From assembly GCA_037135035.1 (NCBI GenBank), contig JBAXLB010000003.1, positions 3,548 through 67,547 of the forward strand: a stretch of DNA of 64,000 nucleotides. The letters are read 5' to 3'. Of this stretch, positions 1 to 10,149 are shown piece by piece. The DNA is from Candidatus Adlerbacteria bacterium (GTDB lineage: Bacteria; Patescibacteriota; Minisyncoccia; Phycocordibacterales; SBAW01). The position numbers were made by a program, and so were the translations under genes. Within the stretch, counting starts at the first letter, position 1. Every line of letters begins with the position of its first letter. A model generated the notes under the pieces. The model worked only from the letters and a program-made list of their open reading frames with translations. It was not told the origin of the DNA and did no database searches.

Positions 1-117
1 TTGTGTTTGTTGCAGCATCAATTCTGACACTAAAACCTTGTACGGGTCTTTAGTCTTCCGCCAAGGCAAGTCATGTCTTCCGTGGGTTTTATAAAACTTT
101 TTTAATTCTTTTAGCAC
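1..117 (-). CDS. mutY: A/G-specific adenine glycosylase, N-terminus only (runs off the window edge)
   Basis: Manual minus-strand translation from GTG at 117: VLKELKKFYKTHGRHDLPWRKTKDPYKVLVSELMLQQTQ, the MutY LPWR...Y.V.VSE.MLQQT motif. Not in the ORF track. Confidence 0.9.
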   Translation of the reverse strand, partial: MLKELKKFYKTHGRHDLPWRKTKDPYKVLVSELMLQQTQ

Positions 118-132
118 GCGCCCATAATAACA

Positions 133-159
133 AAAAACCTCCCGAGTGGGAGGTTTTTT
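133..159. terminator. Bidirectional-type intrinsic terminator
   Basis: AAAAAACCTCCC-GAGT-GGGAGGTTTTTT hairpin with A/T tracts on both sides. Confidence 0.75.
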
Positions 160-177
160 GTCTAAAGCAAAGTTAGA

Positions 178-432
178 TTACTCTGCTTTTGGGCGAGCGT
201 CAGAAACGGTGAGCATGCGGCCTCCGAAGTCTTTGCCATTCCACATAGCAATAGCTCCGTCAGCACCTGCATCGTCTGCCATTTCTACGAAGCCAAAGCC
301 GCGTGAGCGACCAGTCTCGCGGTCGGTGACGATAGAAGCCGAAGCAACTTCGCCAGCCTGCGCGAACGCGTCCCGGAGCTCATCCCCCGTTGTGCGATAT
401 GGAAGGCCACCGATGAACAATTTGCGTGCCAT
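178..432 (-). CDS. RRM RNA-binding protein
   Basis: RNP2 (LFIGGL) and RNP1 (RGFGFVEM) motifs. Confidence 0.95.
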   Translation of the reverse strand: MARKLFIGGLPYRTTGDELRDAFAQAGEVASASIVTDRETGRSRGFGFVEMADDAGADGAIAMWNGKDFGGRMLTVSDARPKAE

Positions 433-583
433 AGTGTACGATTACAAAACTAATTAACAAAGTGTCTCGTAAGACGACCCTCCTAACTTTTCCGCAAACG
501 CCGGGACCAGTGGAGAACTTACTCGAACGACCCTAGTAAAACATGCTGCCGTGTAAAACGCAATTGGACTAGTCCCCTACCTG

Positions 584-1264
584 CTAACGCGCGGTGAGCC
601 GTGCGTAGACAACAAAACGTTTGTCGTAGGAATGTGCCGCGGCATCCCACGCGCCGTCACAGGTAATAAGCACAAGTTGTGTTGGGCCATTTGGTGAAAA
701 TATTGATGTTGCGGGCGCTTGTTCGGCCGGGTACTGGTCGGTTTCTGTGACAACATACACAAGTGTTTTGCCTGCAGCGTCTGCAACAGTTACATAGTCG
801 CCAACTTTTACATCGGAGAGATGTTCGAACACACCAGACTTGGTGAGTGCATTGTTTACGTGGCCAGCAAAAACAGCGTTGCCCGGCATCCCCGGCTGTG
901 CACCAAGCTCGTACCATCCGACATTTCCAAACGCTGCCGGAGTTGCCATAGAGCCATCGGTTTTTCTGCCAACGTGTTCAACAACAGCATCAACACCAAT
1001 GCTTGGGATTTTTATACGAGCCGGCGTAAGTGGCGTTGTGGTTGCAACACCTGCAGGCAAAAGTAAAAGTGACGCAGCTGGCGCAAAGGCAGTCTGTACT
1101 GCACTGCCCTCAAGTGTAGTGCCAGCCACACGCGAAAGTATGTTAGCAGCACCAACAAGCACAACCACTACTCCCACAAGTGAGAACAACAGTCGGGTAT
1201 AGGTATGTGGAGATACCGGCACTACGCTTGTGCTAGCCGATAATAGCAAGTGCTTTTCTGACAT
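584..1264 (-). CDS. Class F-like sortase
   Basis: N-terminal TM; IPSIGVDA, GWY, PG.PGNAVFAGH, LITC and downstream R catalytic motifs. Confidence 0.9.
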   Translation of the reverse strand: MSEKHLLLSASTSVVPVSPHTYTRLLFSLVGVVVVLVGAANILSRVAGTTLEGSAVQTAFAPAASLLLLPAGVATTTPLTPARIKIPSIGVDAVVEHVGRKTDGSMATPAAFGNVGWYELGAQPGMPGNAVFAGHVNNALTKSGVFEHLSDVKVGDYVTVADAAGKTLVYVVTETDQYPAEQAPATSIFSPNGPTQLVLITCDGAWDAAAHSYDKRFVVYARLTAR

Positions 1265-2159
1265 ACGGGAAGAAGAATACTCCTGCGCTCATGAGCAAGA
1301 CTGCAATAAGTGCAAAGACTGTTCCGTTTTGTGGGCCAAAGCCAGTGTTTGGCAGATATGCAGGGACATAGTTTTGTACGACAGACGCAGCACCGCTGTA
1401 CGTTGTTGCCGAACCATTTGAACTACCACTGTAGGTTATTGCACCTCCGGTTGAGTTAATGGCAACGGTGCAAGTTGCGTTTTGTACACCGTTTGAAACG
1501 TTGACCGTTTGTGTGCCCGTAGTCTGGAACACGGTTGTGAGCTGCGCGCCAACATTCAAGAAGGTGCGGTCTGTAGTGGACCAATTATACCCGCCAGGTG
1601 TGCCACCTGTTGCGGTAAAAGTTGCAGCCTGGCCTGCGCCAATGCTCTGGTAGTTTGGTGTGCAGGAAAGGTGTGTCGGCACGTACGAGCCGCCTGCGTA
1701 GGCCACAATTGGTGCTGGACACCCCGCTGTCCCATACCAAATACCTGTGCATGGATTGCTCAGTTGTGGTGTTGTTGAAAGAGTAACGGTGCAGGTTTTT
1801 ATCGCACCACCAAGCGGTGTAAAACCCGAACAGTCAGGAGAGTAGGTAAAATAATAGTTTGAGTCTGTTATAGACACATTGTAACTACCCGGCACAAACG
1901 TTACATACCGAGTGTCGTTTGCAAAGTTTGACTGGTAGTACAACTGTGACGAACCGTTGTTTGTAGCGCCGTACATGGTCGGTACGGTTGCAGTAACGGT
2001 AACAATTGGGGAGACAATTGGGGTTGAAACACCTGCAGCAAGTCTGGTTGTTATTACAACTTCAGAATATGGTGCGGTGTCGGCCGAAGACACAAAAGGC
2101 ACCGCATATGATGCGAGTGCGAGTACTACAGCGACGAGAGCGGCACGGGGAAATGTCAT
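1233..2159 (-). CDS. Secreted Thr/Ser-rich surface protein with LPNTG sorting signal
   Basis: Signal peptide; C-terminal LPNTG + hydrophobic helix + RK tail; overlaps the sortase gene. Confidence 0.75.
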   Translation of the reverse strand: MTFPRAALVAVVLALASYAVPFVSSADTAPYSEVVITTRLAAGVSTPIVSPIVTVTATVPTMYGATNNGSSQLYYQSNFANDTRYVTFVPGSYNVSITDSNYYFTYSPDCSGFTPLGGAIKTCTVTLSTTPQLSNPCTGIWYGTAGCPAPIVAYAGGSYVPTHLSCTPNYQSIGAGQAATFTATGGTPGGYNWSTTDRTFLNVGAQLTTVFQTTGTQTVNVSNGVQNATCTVAINSTGGAITYSGSSNGSATTYSGAASVVQNYVPAYLPNTGFGPQNGTVFALIAVLLMSAGVFFFPYVRKALAIIG

Positions 2160-2270
2160 ATAGAATAAGGCTTAATTAACAATACGGCTTCAAATAAAAT
2201 AGCGCCCACGCCCAATCTGGACCTATCTTACCACTAATTTAAAAAAATGCAAGTCCTCTCTGCGGGCGCA

Positions 2271-2990
2271 CTAGCCTGCAACAGTAATTGCTACGTAGAG
2301 CACAAGAGCGCCTACAAGCGTCATAAACGTTGTCCAAAAGGTTGGGTGCACGTGATGACTTTCGGGTATAAGGTCAGACGCACCAATATAGAGAAAAAAC
2401 CCAGCAAACATCGCGAGCAACAACCCGAGTATACTTTGCGAAACAGTAAAAAAGAGTGTCGCCGTAATACCAACAACAGGCGCAAGCGCATCGACAACTA
2501 ACCAACGCATTGCCTGCGAGCGTTTGCCGCCGTGCCGCACCACAACATTGACGGTGTTAATACCGTCAGAAAAATCGTGTGCCAACACTGCCGCAGCAAC
2601 AATAAACCCAACCGTGGGAGACACCTGGAACGCCAGCCCTATACCAACGCCGTCCAAAAAACTGTGTACCGAAAGCGCGCCCGCACGCACGTGGCCGCGC
2701 GCATGCGTATGCTCGTCGCCATCTTCGTGGCTGCCACTGTGCAACAACAAAAGCCGGTCGAGCAGCAAATATAGTAAAAACCCAAGCGCAATAAACGACA
2801 CAACAGTCGAAGGTGTATGCGCCTTCCCGCCCAACTCGAGCGCTTCAGGTATAAGGTCGAAAAAGGCAACTGCAATAACAGCACCTGCACTAAAACCTAA
2901 AATCAAATGCAACCGGTCGCGCAGCCTAAACGCAACAACACCTCCCACCAGTGTTGAGCAAAATGCTGCAAGACCAATAAGAAGTGCCAT
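2271..2990 (-). CDS. ZIP family metal transporter
   Basis: GFSAGAV..VAFFDLIPEA, HSFLDG, HDFSDG, His-rich loop. Confidence 0.9.
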   Translation of the reverse strand: MALLIGLAAFCSTLVGGVVAFRLRDRLHLILGFSAGAVIAVAFFDLIPEALELGGKAHTPSTVVSFIALGFLLYLLLDRLLLLHSGSHEDGDEHTHARGHVRAGALSVHSFLDGVGIGLAFQVSPTVGFIVAAAVLAHDFSDGINTVNVVVRHGGKRSQAMRWLVVDALAPVVGITATLFFTVSQSILGLLLAMFAGFFLYIGASDLIPESHHVHPTFWTTFMTLVGALVLYVAITVAG

Positions 2991-3009
2991 CGTGTGCAGG
3001 GTTGAACTG

Positions 3010-3801
3010 TTAGTGACTTACTGTCGTGTTTGTAGTTGCGCTTGCTGCAACCTTGAGACCTTTGATTATGCTGTCGATGTCTTTACGTGCCGCCTGGAAG
3101 TCCTTTTCTGCTGCGGCGAGGTTAGCGCGTGCTTTTGCTAGAGTAGCAGTATTTGACGCCATTTTTGTTTTGTCACCACCGTCTGGTGTAAGAGCTGCAC
3201 TTGTCGAAACAGATGCTTGTGCTTGAGTGCTTGCGTCAGAGATCTTTGCGCCAAGGTCATTGAGCGAAGCTGTCAGTGCAGTGACATCAGCCCCACCTTT
3301 ACCCGCAGCTTGGATACGTGCAGCAAGTTTGTTGCCGAGCGTTGTCATCATTTCAGCAATAAGCACACCGCGGTCGGCAGCGGCGGCAATGCGCACCTGT
3401 GGGAGTATCAGCGCGTAGACACGATACGACTGGGTTATTGACGTAACATCCGCTTTCAACACACCTGCGTCCGTGTCAGCTTGGATTTTTGATTTAAGAG
3501 CAGCGAAGCCTGTTATCTGTGTTTGAATATTTGTTGCCAAGTTTTGCTTAAACGCGTCGGTCACCTTTTGCATGGTTTGGATGCGTGCATTTACGTCGGT
3601 GAGCGCAGCAATGCGGCGGTCAAGCTCTTTGTCGCCACGCGCCTTAGCAGCTGCCATGGCACTTGCGCTCATAGTTACCGTTGCAACTGGTGTCGTAATA
3701 TTCGCGCTTGTGGTTACTGCTGTTGCAGCAGAGGCAAGGACAGGTGCAAGGGCAACGCTAAACCCAAGCAGTGAAAGAGCTACGAGAATATTTTTTTTCA
3801 T
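3010..3801 (-). CDS. Secreted alpha-helical/coiled-coil hypothetical protein
   Basis: Signal peptide followed by an Ala-rich helical body. Confidence 0.75.
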   Translation of the reverse strand: MKKNILVALSLLGFSVALAPVLASAATAVTTSANITTPVATVTMSASAMAAAKARGDKELDRRIAALTDVNARIQTMQKVTDAFKQNLATNIQTQITGFAALKSKIQADTDAGVLKADVTSITQSYRVYALILPQVRIAAAADRGVLIAEMMTTLGNKLAARIQAAGKGGADVTALTASLNDLGAKISDASTQAQASVSTSAALTPDGGDKTKMASNTATLAKARANLAAAEKDFQAARKDIDSIIKGLKVAASATTNTTVSH

Positions 3802-3837
3802 AGAATTATATATGCGAAGTATTAGTGATAATAGAAA

Positions 3838-4122
3838 TTATTGACCTACTGACTTGTCACCAAGTCCCGAGTCAACAGCCGCAGAGTCGGCCGAATAGCC
3901 TTGCATCTGGCTGTCTATTGCTGCGCTGTCCTGTACAAGAGCTGCATCAGAGGCATCGTTTGATGCGCTCATGCCGTTTGTTGGAGCAGCGGGAGCTTTA
4001 GTGCCTTGCGTGTTTGTTTGCATACCGGGTTTAACCGACGTGAGCCACCCACTTCTCCAGACGAGGAGCCCAAGAACTACAATAACAACAACTGCAATAA
4101 CCCATTTAAATACTTTCGACAT
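3838..4122 (-). CDS. Small membrane-anchored hypothetical protein
   Basis: N-terminal TM; DxAAIDxQ segment resembles 7817..8374. Confidence 0.7.
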   Translation of the reverse strand: MSKVFKWVIAVVVIVVLGLLVWRSGWLTSVKPGMQTNTQGTKAPAAPTNGMSASNDASDAALVQDSAAIDSQMQGYSADSAAVDSGLGDKSVGQ

Positions 4123-4169
4123 ATTTTATATAATTATTTCGTAAACACTTCTATATCAGAAAGTATACC

Positions 4170-4547
4170 TTACTTTTTTTCCTCTAAGTCAAGACACACC
4201 GAGTTGATACAGTAGCGTTTACCTGTACCGGTCGGGCCATCGTCAAACACGTGCCCCAGGTGCGAACCACAGTTAGCGCACACCACCTCCTGCCGGTGCA
4301 TGCCGTGCGATGTGTCGTCTATAATTTTTGTGGAACCAGGCAAGGCGTCTGCAAACGACGGCCACCCGGTGCCTGAGTCAAATTTAGTATCCGACGCAAA
4401 CAACACGTTCCCGCAGGCCACACAGGTGTACATGCCATCGCGTTTTTCATGCACAAATTTTCCTGAAAACGGCGCCTCGGTCCCCTTTTCCCGTAACACG
4501 CGATACTGCTCGTCGGTTAGTTTTTCCTTAAAATTTTCATCGCTCAT
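4170..4547 (-). CDS. msrB: Peptide-methionine (R)-S-oxide reductase
   Basis: GTE.PF, CxxC, GWPSF, HLGHVF.DGP, RYCINS. Confidence 0.97.
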   Translation of the reverse strand: MSDENFKEKLTDEQYRVLREKGTEAPFSGKFVHEKRDGMYTCVACGNVLFASDTKFDSGTGWPSFADALPGSTKIIDDTSHGMHRQEVVCANCGSHLGHVFDDGPTGTGKRYCINSVCLDLEEKK

Positions 4548-5250
4548 TTTTAAAGTATATCATTTGGGTACTGCTGCCGAGCCATGTGGCCGAACTGCTC
4601 CCACTGACAGGAAACTGAGCCCCTAGATATTTTGGTACCCGCATCGACCACAGGTCGAGGACCGCTTTAATAGATGCCGGGATTTCGCGCACTGTGTACC
4701 ACAAATATTTTTCTCCTTGCGACGCATCAATGCCAGTCGCATCCAACCCCAGCGAACGCGCGATAAATACAGCGCGGCGCAGATGGAACGCTTGGGACAC
4801 TACAACAACCGAGGTAACGTCAAACACTTCGCGTGCCCGGTACATACTGCTGTAGGTATCAAACCCTGCGTAATCTAGAAATATATCTTCTTCGGGCACT
4901 CCTTGTATAAGTAAATATTTTCCAACTGGGTAGACCTCGTCGTACGAAAGAGTACTGTTGTCTCCTGTTACTAAAATTTTTTCTACTGTTTTTGCTTTGT
5001 ACAGCTGGACCGCCTTGTCGGCACGCTCTGCCATCACCGCCGAAAGCTTCCCACTTGATGAAACAGAGGCGCCCAGCACCAGAGCAACTTCTGCATGTGG
5101 CGGTGTTTCTGTTGCGGAATATATAAACGGTGCGGTAGCAATGTCTGCATAGGCAATTATCCCAGCACACACTACAAAGACCGCAAACAAAACAAGAAAC
5201 ATTCGCGTTGCCCACACCTTCATATAGATAGTATAGCTTTTTGGCAGCAC
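4537..5250 (-). CDS. SanA/YdcF (ElyC-like, DUF218) protein; true start probably ~5223
   Basis: VLGA, D.AGFDTY.SM.RA, SQ.FHL.RA, RE motifs. Confidence 0.88.
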   Translation of the reverse strand: MLPKSYTIYMKVWATRMFLVLFAVFVVCAGIIAYADIATAPFIYSATETPPHAEVALVLGASVSSSGKLSAVMAERADKAVQLYKAKTVEKILVTGDNSTLSYDEVYPVGKYLLIQGVPEEDIFLDYAGFDTYSSMYRAREVFDVTSVVVVSQAFHLRRAVFIARSLGLDATGIDASQGEKYLWYTVREIPASIKAVLDLWSMRVPKYLGAQFPVSGSSSATWLGSSTQMIYFKNER

Positions 5251-5308
5251 AAAAGCCGCTCCAGCTTTACAGCATGAGCGGCTTTTGTCGAGGTTTCCCT
5301 CGCCTACA

Positions 5309-5506
5309 TTAGGCGCGAGATACGTTTACAGCACTTGGGCCTTTTTCACCCTGAGCGACTTCAAAGCTGACCATATCGCCAACTTTAAGTTCGTCAAAAG
5401 TTACTCCCTGCAACTCTTTGGAGTGAAAAAAGAGATCCTTCGCCTCGCCTTCGCGAGAGATGAATCCGAATCCACGGTCCGTAAGCGTTTTGATTGTTCC
5501 TGTCAT
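5309..5506 (-). CDS. cspA: Cold-shock protein
   Basis: RGFGFI, DLFFH, KGP.A.NV. Confidence 0.93.
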   Translation of the reverse strand: MTGTIKTLTDRGFGFISREGEAKDLFFHSKELQGVTFDELKVGDMVSFEVAQGEKGPSAVNVSRA

Positions 5507-5610
5507 ATTGTTTTGTTTTTCTTGTTAGAAACCCGACCTCGTTTCTTAGTCTTCTAGACAATGGCTATCCTATCATATAAGGGCTTTATTGTCAAACTCC
5601 GCTACCCACC

Positions 5611-6282
5611 CTACCACTCAGGCAGGGGCACCACTTCGGTAACCTCCATCTGCGGGGCAGGTATCACGCACAGCACTTTGCCCGCAATTTTAAAGTCTTC
5701 TTTCAAGATAATGGGCTTAAATTTTGGGTCTTTTGACTCGGGCCAGAGTATTGTCATGCCGTCGCGTTTTTCAAGCCGCTTAACCGTGACCATGTCGTTT
5801 ACAATAGCGGCCACACGGTCGCCAGTTTCTGCGTGGTCGGTAAACCGGATAAGCACGTAGTCGCCGGTGTTAATTCCAGCGTCGTTCATACTGTCACCAA
5901 TAGCGCGCACCGCAACGATGTCGCCGTCCTCCTCTTCAACAATACGTTTGTCGACTTCTAAAAATTCGTCCACTTCCTGCTGGGCAAACACCGAAAGGTC
6001 ATCGCAGCCAACGTTTGCTATAACGGGGATGCTCACTGTCCCCCACGCCCCGTCGACGTTGCGCAGTTCGATATTACGTGCGGCGTTTTTGCGGCGAACG
6101 ATATAACCTTTGCGCTCTAAAATGTCCAAGTATTGCGTGACCGTGCGGAGCGAACTAAACCCCAAACTTTCACGAAGCTGTTCGAGCGTTGGGGACATAT
6201 TTTCTGTCCGGAGATATTCCCGCACCACATTAAGCACCCGCTGCTGCTTGAACGTTAAAAGGTTTTGGATATACATATACAC
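5611..6282 (-). CDS. lexA: LexA-family repressor (wHTH + S24 peptidase)
   Basis: LT..Q..VL, SPT..Q....G.SS, L..LE.KGYI; catalytic GDSM and TVKR present. Confidence 0.88.
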   Translation of the reverse strand: MYMYIQNLLTFKQQRVLNVVREYLRTENMSPTLEQLRESLGFSSLRTVTQYLDILERKGYIVRRKNAARNIELRNVDGAWGTVSIPVIANVGCDDLSVFAQQEVDEFLEVDKRIVEEEDGDIVAVRAIGDSMNDAGINTGDYVLIRFTDHAETGDRVAAIVNDMVTVKRLEKRDGMTILWPESKDPKFKPIILKEDFKIAGKVLCVIPAPQMEVTEVVPLPEW

Positions 6283-6297
6283 TAGTATATCAACTTT

Positions 6298-6316
6298 TTG
6301 TGTAATTAATACACAA
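6298..6316. promoter_or_regulatory. Palindromic candidate LexA operator
   Basis: TTGTGTA-ATTAA-TACACAA just upstream of the lexA -10 box (TATACT, minus strand, 6284-6289). Confidence 0.45.
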
Positions 6317-6341
6317 GATACACTAATGCATGTGGATAAGT

Positions 6342-6644
6342 TTAGTGCGTGTGGTCGTGGTGAGGGTGAACGTGTGAGTGCGAATTGCCCTTGGTAAAGA
6401 GCTGGTCAAACTTGAGCTTTGCCACAAAAAACAAGTAGAAGATCTCCAAAATCCCAGCAGTGTTAACAACAAAGATAGCCATAAACCACCACGGCTGGCC
6501 ATTGCGGCTTGCGTGCCACAACCCCAAACCTTTCCACACAAGCGACCATACAGCAGCTACTGCCACTAACCCAAACAGCGGAGACGACCAAAACGGCAAG
6601 TTGATAAAAAAGCTCTGATCCATCCCATAGTGATGTGTATACAT
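6342..6644 (-). CDS. DUF5652-like small membrane protein with His-rich tail
   Basis: WSLVWKG.GLW.A.RN.Q..WF....VNT.GILEI.Y. Confidence 0.8.
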   Translation of the reverse strand: MYTHHYGMDQSFFINLPFWSSPLFGLVAVAAVWSLVWKGLGLWHASRNGQPWWFMAIFVVNTAGILEIFYLFFVAKLKFDQLFTKGNSHSHVHPHHDHTH

Positions 6645-6708
6645 ACCTACTAGTATACAACATTGCTGTAGTGTAAGCAGGACAAGTGCAGTCCGTCATC
6701 ACTAGTCT

Positions 6709-7755
6709 ATGACTCTAAGCGTAAACTTAAAGCGCACTGTGGTTGCAGTTATGCTTATGGCAGGGCTTTTGTTGCCTACCTATGCCGCACTTGCACAGAC
6801 TCCTAACCTTATATACGCGCCTGCTCCAACGACATGCCCCGTGTTTTACAACAACATATACCTAGGGTTGCAAAATACCGACGTCACTAACTTGCAGGCG
6901 TTTCTTTCTACTCAAGGGTACTTCCCCTATTCGCCTATTGGTATTTTTGGGCCGCTTACGTTCCGCGCAGTACAAAACTTCCAAGCAGCGCACGGCCTCC
7001 CACGGACAGGGTATGTAGGTGTTATGACCCGCGGCGTATTTGGACAGATAGGTTGCACAACTACTACCTACCCACCGTACCCATACCCGCAACCACAGCC
7101 ACAACCCGTGCCTCCTGTACAACAAGTGTCCATACAAACAATGTCGCCCCAGAGCGGACCCGTTGGAACAGTTGTTACCTTGTACGGGTCAGGATTGTAC
7201 GGAACAAACACCGTGTACTTTGGCGGCAAAGCGCTTGACGCTGTGTATTCAAACAACGGAACGACACTGACATTTACTGTTCCGCAATATATATCACCTA
7301 ACTGCCCGCCGGGTGCATATTGCGCAATGTCCTCCGGAGTCTCGGCTTTTTGGGTTCGGCCAACAACGCCCGGCACCTACCAGGTGTACGCACAAAACCA
7401 AAACGGCACAAGCAACACTGTAAACTTCTATGTCACTGACCAGAGCGCGCAAAACCAAACGCCTGTAATTAGCGGTATTGATGCTCCCCCACAGTTGAGT
7501 GTCGGCCAAACAGGCACATGGACAGTCCGCGCAACATTGCAAAATTATGTAAACGGCGCCAACCTCCACTACCAGAGCGTGTGGGGTGACGAAACAACCT
7601 ACGCCTATGCCGCAGTTGCAAGTGGGCAACCAATACAAACATCGGCAACATTTACCCACATGTATGTTACAGCTGGCACCTACCACCCAACATTTACTGT
7701 TTCAAACGACACGGGCCAGCAGGCAACTATAAGCGCCACAGTAGTAGTGCACTAA
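6709..7755 (+). CDS. Secreted protein with peptidoglycan-binding, IPT/TIG and PKD-like domains
   Basis: DV..LQ.FL, G.FGPLT..AV..FQ...GL..TG.VG; P.SGPVGT.VTL.G; WGD...H.Y...GTY. Confidence 0.85.
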   Translation: MTLSVNLKRTVVAVMLMAGLLLPTYAALAQTPNLIYAPAPTTCPVFYNNIYLGLQNTDVTNLQAFLSTQGYFPYSPIGIFGPLTFRAVQNFQAAHGLPRTGYVGVMTRGVFGQIGCTTTTYPPYPYPQPQPQPVPPVQQVSIQTMSPQSGPVGTVVTLYGSGLYGTNTVYFGGKALDAVYSNNGTTLTFTVPQYISPNCPPGAYCAMSSGVSAFWVRPTTPGTYQVYAQNQNGTSNTVNFYVTDQSAQNQTPVISGIDAPPQLSVGQTGTWTVRATLQNYVNGANLHYQSVWGDETTYAYAAVASGQPIQTSATFTHMYVTAGTYHPTFTVSNDTGQQATISATVVVH

Positions 7756-7765
7756 AAAATTACCT

Positions 7766-7800
7766 AAACAAAAACCCCGCCACTGGCGGGGTTTTTGTTT
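7766..7800. terminator. Bidirectional terminator between convergent genes
   Basis: AAACAAAAACCCCGCC-ACT-GGCGGGGTTTTTGTTT. Confidence 0.85.
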
Positions 7801-7816
7801 AGAACGAGAAACCTAT

Positions 7817-8374
7817 TTAGCGTTGTGCAAGACCGGCCAACAGTTTCTGAATATCACTGCGAACAGTAACAACATACGCCTGTGCTGCATTCAACTGTGT
7901 TTTTGACTGTGCGAGTGCTGTTCCGGTAGGAGTTTTTGCAACATTCTTTGCTGCTGCAGCTGCCTGTGAACTTGCGTTCGAGGCGTTACGTGTCATGTCA
8001 GCGAAGAGTACCTGCAACGAAGCCTGTGCTGCACCTGCACCCGTTATACGAGCCTGGATTTTAACACCCAACTTTGTGGCAAGCGCGAGAATGTCTTGTG
8101 TTTGGGTTGCTGCTGCGGTAACAGTCCCTACGGTTAATGTTTGGTCGAGACCTTTTACATTAGCTGTATACACTTGGATCTGCGCGTCGAGAGCTGCTGC
8201 ATCTGCCGCCATCATCGCGTCTGTGTTGCTGTTTACTACTGGGGCGGTTGCTACTGCTGCGGGCTGACCTTCTGCTGGGACCATGTCAGTATCAGTTTTA
8301 CCCTTCCAGATAACGTATGCGGCCACGAGCACAATAACTATTACTACAGCTGCCACCCATTTTGTTTTGGACAT
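7817..8374 (-). CDS. Membrane-anchored helical hypothetical protein
   Basis: N-terminal TM; Ala/Gln-rich. Confidence 0.7.
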   Translation of the reverse strand: MSKTKWVAAVVIVIVLVAAYVIWKGKTDTDMVPAEGQPAAVATAPVVNSNTDAMMAADAAALDAQIQVYTANVKGLDQTLTVGTVTAAATQTQDILALATKLGVKIQARITGAGAAQASLQVLFADMTRNASNASSQAAAAAKNVAKTPTGTALAQSKTQLNAAQAYVVTVRSDIQKLLAGLAQR

Positions 8375-8541
8375 CGAAAAAATAGTAAATTAATAAATGC
8401 CATATGAAAAAGGCATGAAGCTAACTATAGCATCGGGGGTTTTTGTTTACACAACGAAAGCCTGTGGACACAAAAACTTGGCGATTTTTAAGCCCTTTTG
8501 TAAATGATAGTGTAAGATTAAACAAACTAACGTTGTCTGCT

Positions 8542-10149
8542 ATGCAAAAAACTCTACATCTGCTTGCTATTGCAGGAATTATTTCCTCATTCCTCCCATA
8601 TTCTGTAGCAGGAAAAACAGCTGTGCCGCCCTTGGTAGTAAGTGCTCCTATTCCCCCGACAGCATCATTCGACGGCAGAGTTACATCACTACGTGCAGAC
8701 CCGACACTCGCAGGCAGTGTCGCACAGCTGCAGACTCCGCTGACCCTTTCGATAACATCTCTTGCGACACATAAACCTGTATTTTCAAACCCGGTCTCTG
8801 TTGTACAAAACCGTTGGAGCGCGCACATATTCCCCCCGCTTTCGACCGGGACGTATGCCCTTTCGTTACTATCTGGCTCCACAACTCTTGCAACGAGCAC
8901 ACTTACTATTGGCCTCCGGTCACTACCTACAGTGGAACCTGTCGACTCACTGCCGCCGTACGATGTTGCAGACGGACGTTTGATGCGTTTTGTCGTGCGT
9001 GCAGGGAGCGGCGGGCCGGTAGGAATTAGCCAGATCTCTTTTGCGACACATACAACGGGGGCCTCGGTCGGCGACATTGGACTCTACGTCTTTGCAGACT
9101 CTGCTTACAGTAGAGACATATCTACAACCACAGCAACAATCACGCCGCTTAATTCGTCTCTCGTAAATCCAACGAGCGACACGTTTGCTATTGTCCCCGA
9201 CACTTTTATAGAAATTCCAGCGGGCATGAGTTACTACTTCGAACTCGACGGGACAGTTACTCCGACAGACACAACATACTCTGTCGATACCGTGTTGCTT
9301 GGCGACACCTTTAAACCGCTCGCAAACGCAACCGAACAAGCATCAACCAGTAACTTTGTTTGGTCTCCCAACACGTACGGTACGTCTGCAACAACGAGCG
9401 AAGACTGGCTCAATGCAAAAATTTTGTCTATGCCCACAAGTGGTTTTACCGAAGGCCGTTCAAATTTTCCTATTCCTGTTGTGCCAACATGTTCAGTAAC
9501 AACCGACATACCTGTGGCAACATCCGGAAAACCAGTAACCGTCAGTTGGACAAGCACCAATGCGGACTATTCTCTATGGAGCGACGGCACGCGCGACCTT
9601 ACGCAAGGAAGCAGAACGTTTACAAACCTTGCAGCATCACGCACCTATGTGTTGACGTTTTACAACCAGTACGGCAATGCACCTTGTTCAATAAACTTAG
9701 AAGTACCAATTGTAAAAGTTGCTGCCGTTGTTGCGACATCAACTCCAACCACAACGCTCGACTCGTTGCTTGCGACTCCGCCTACAGGGACCTTGCCACT
9801 TGCAGTCACCTTTACTGCGTCGGTAAACAACGCAAAGTCATGTGCGGCACTTACCTACAGCTTGGGGTATGGTGACGGCTCGGGGACAAGCACTGTCTCT
9901 GTCGGGAAAAATGTCTGCAAAGCACAGAGTGCTGTTTTTGCGCACACGTACACAATAGCAGGGACGTATGTTGCAGGACTCTACCAAAAAGCCGGCACCA
10001 GCAGTGCGCAACTAATTCAAAAACAAACAATCGTCGTTAAAGCAAAAACTGCGTCAGTGTTTGACGCAGCGGCGAACATTGCAGGTGTTGCGAGTGCATT
10101 GACCAGCGCTTTGGTTCACACACTCGAGGCACTCTGGCAGAGGTTTTAA
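8542..10149 (+). CDS. Large secreted beta-rich protein with C-terminal PKD-like domain
   Basis: Likely start ATG 8542 (MQKTLHLL, signal peptide); P.TG.LPLAVTF, YGDG, HTY...GTY. Confidence 0.75.
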   Translation: MQKTLHLLAIAGIISSFLPYSVAGKTAVPPLVVSAPIPPTASFDGRVTSLRADPTLAGSVAQLQTPLTLSITSLATHKPVFSNPVSVVQNRWSAHIFPPLSTGTYALSLLSGSTTLATSTLTIGLRSLPTVEPVDSLPPYDVADGRLMRFVVRAGSGGPVGISQISFATHTTGASVGDIGLYVFADSAYSRDISTTTATITPLNSSLVNPTSDTFAIVPDTFIEIPAGMSYYFELDGTVTPTDTTYSVDTVLLGDTFKPLANATEQASTSNFVWSPNTYGTSATTSEDWLNAKILSMPTSGFTEGRSNFPIPVVPTCSVTTDIPVATSGKPVTVSWTSTNADYSLWSDGTRDLTQGSRTFTNLAASRTYVLTFYNQYGNAPCSINLEVPIVKVAAVVATSTPTTTLDSLLATPPTGTLPLAVTFTASVNNAKSCAALTYSLGYGDGSGTSTVSVGKNVCKAQSAVFAHTYTIAGTYVAGLYQKAGTSSAQLIQKQTIVVKAKTASVFDAAANIAGVASALTSALVHTLEALWQRF

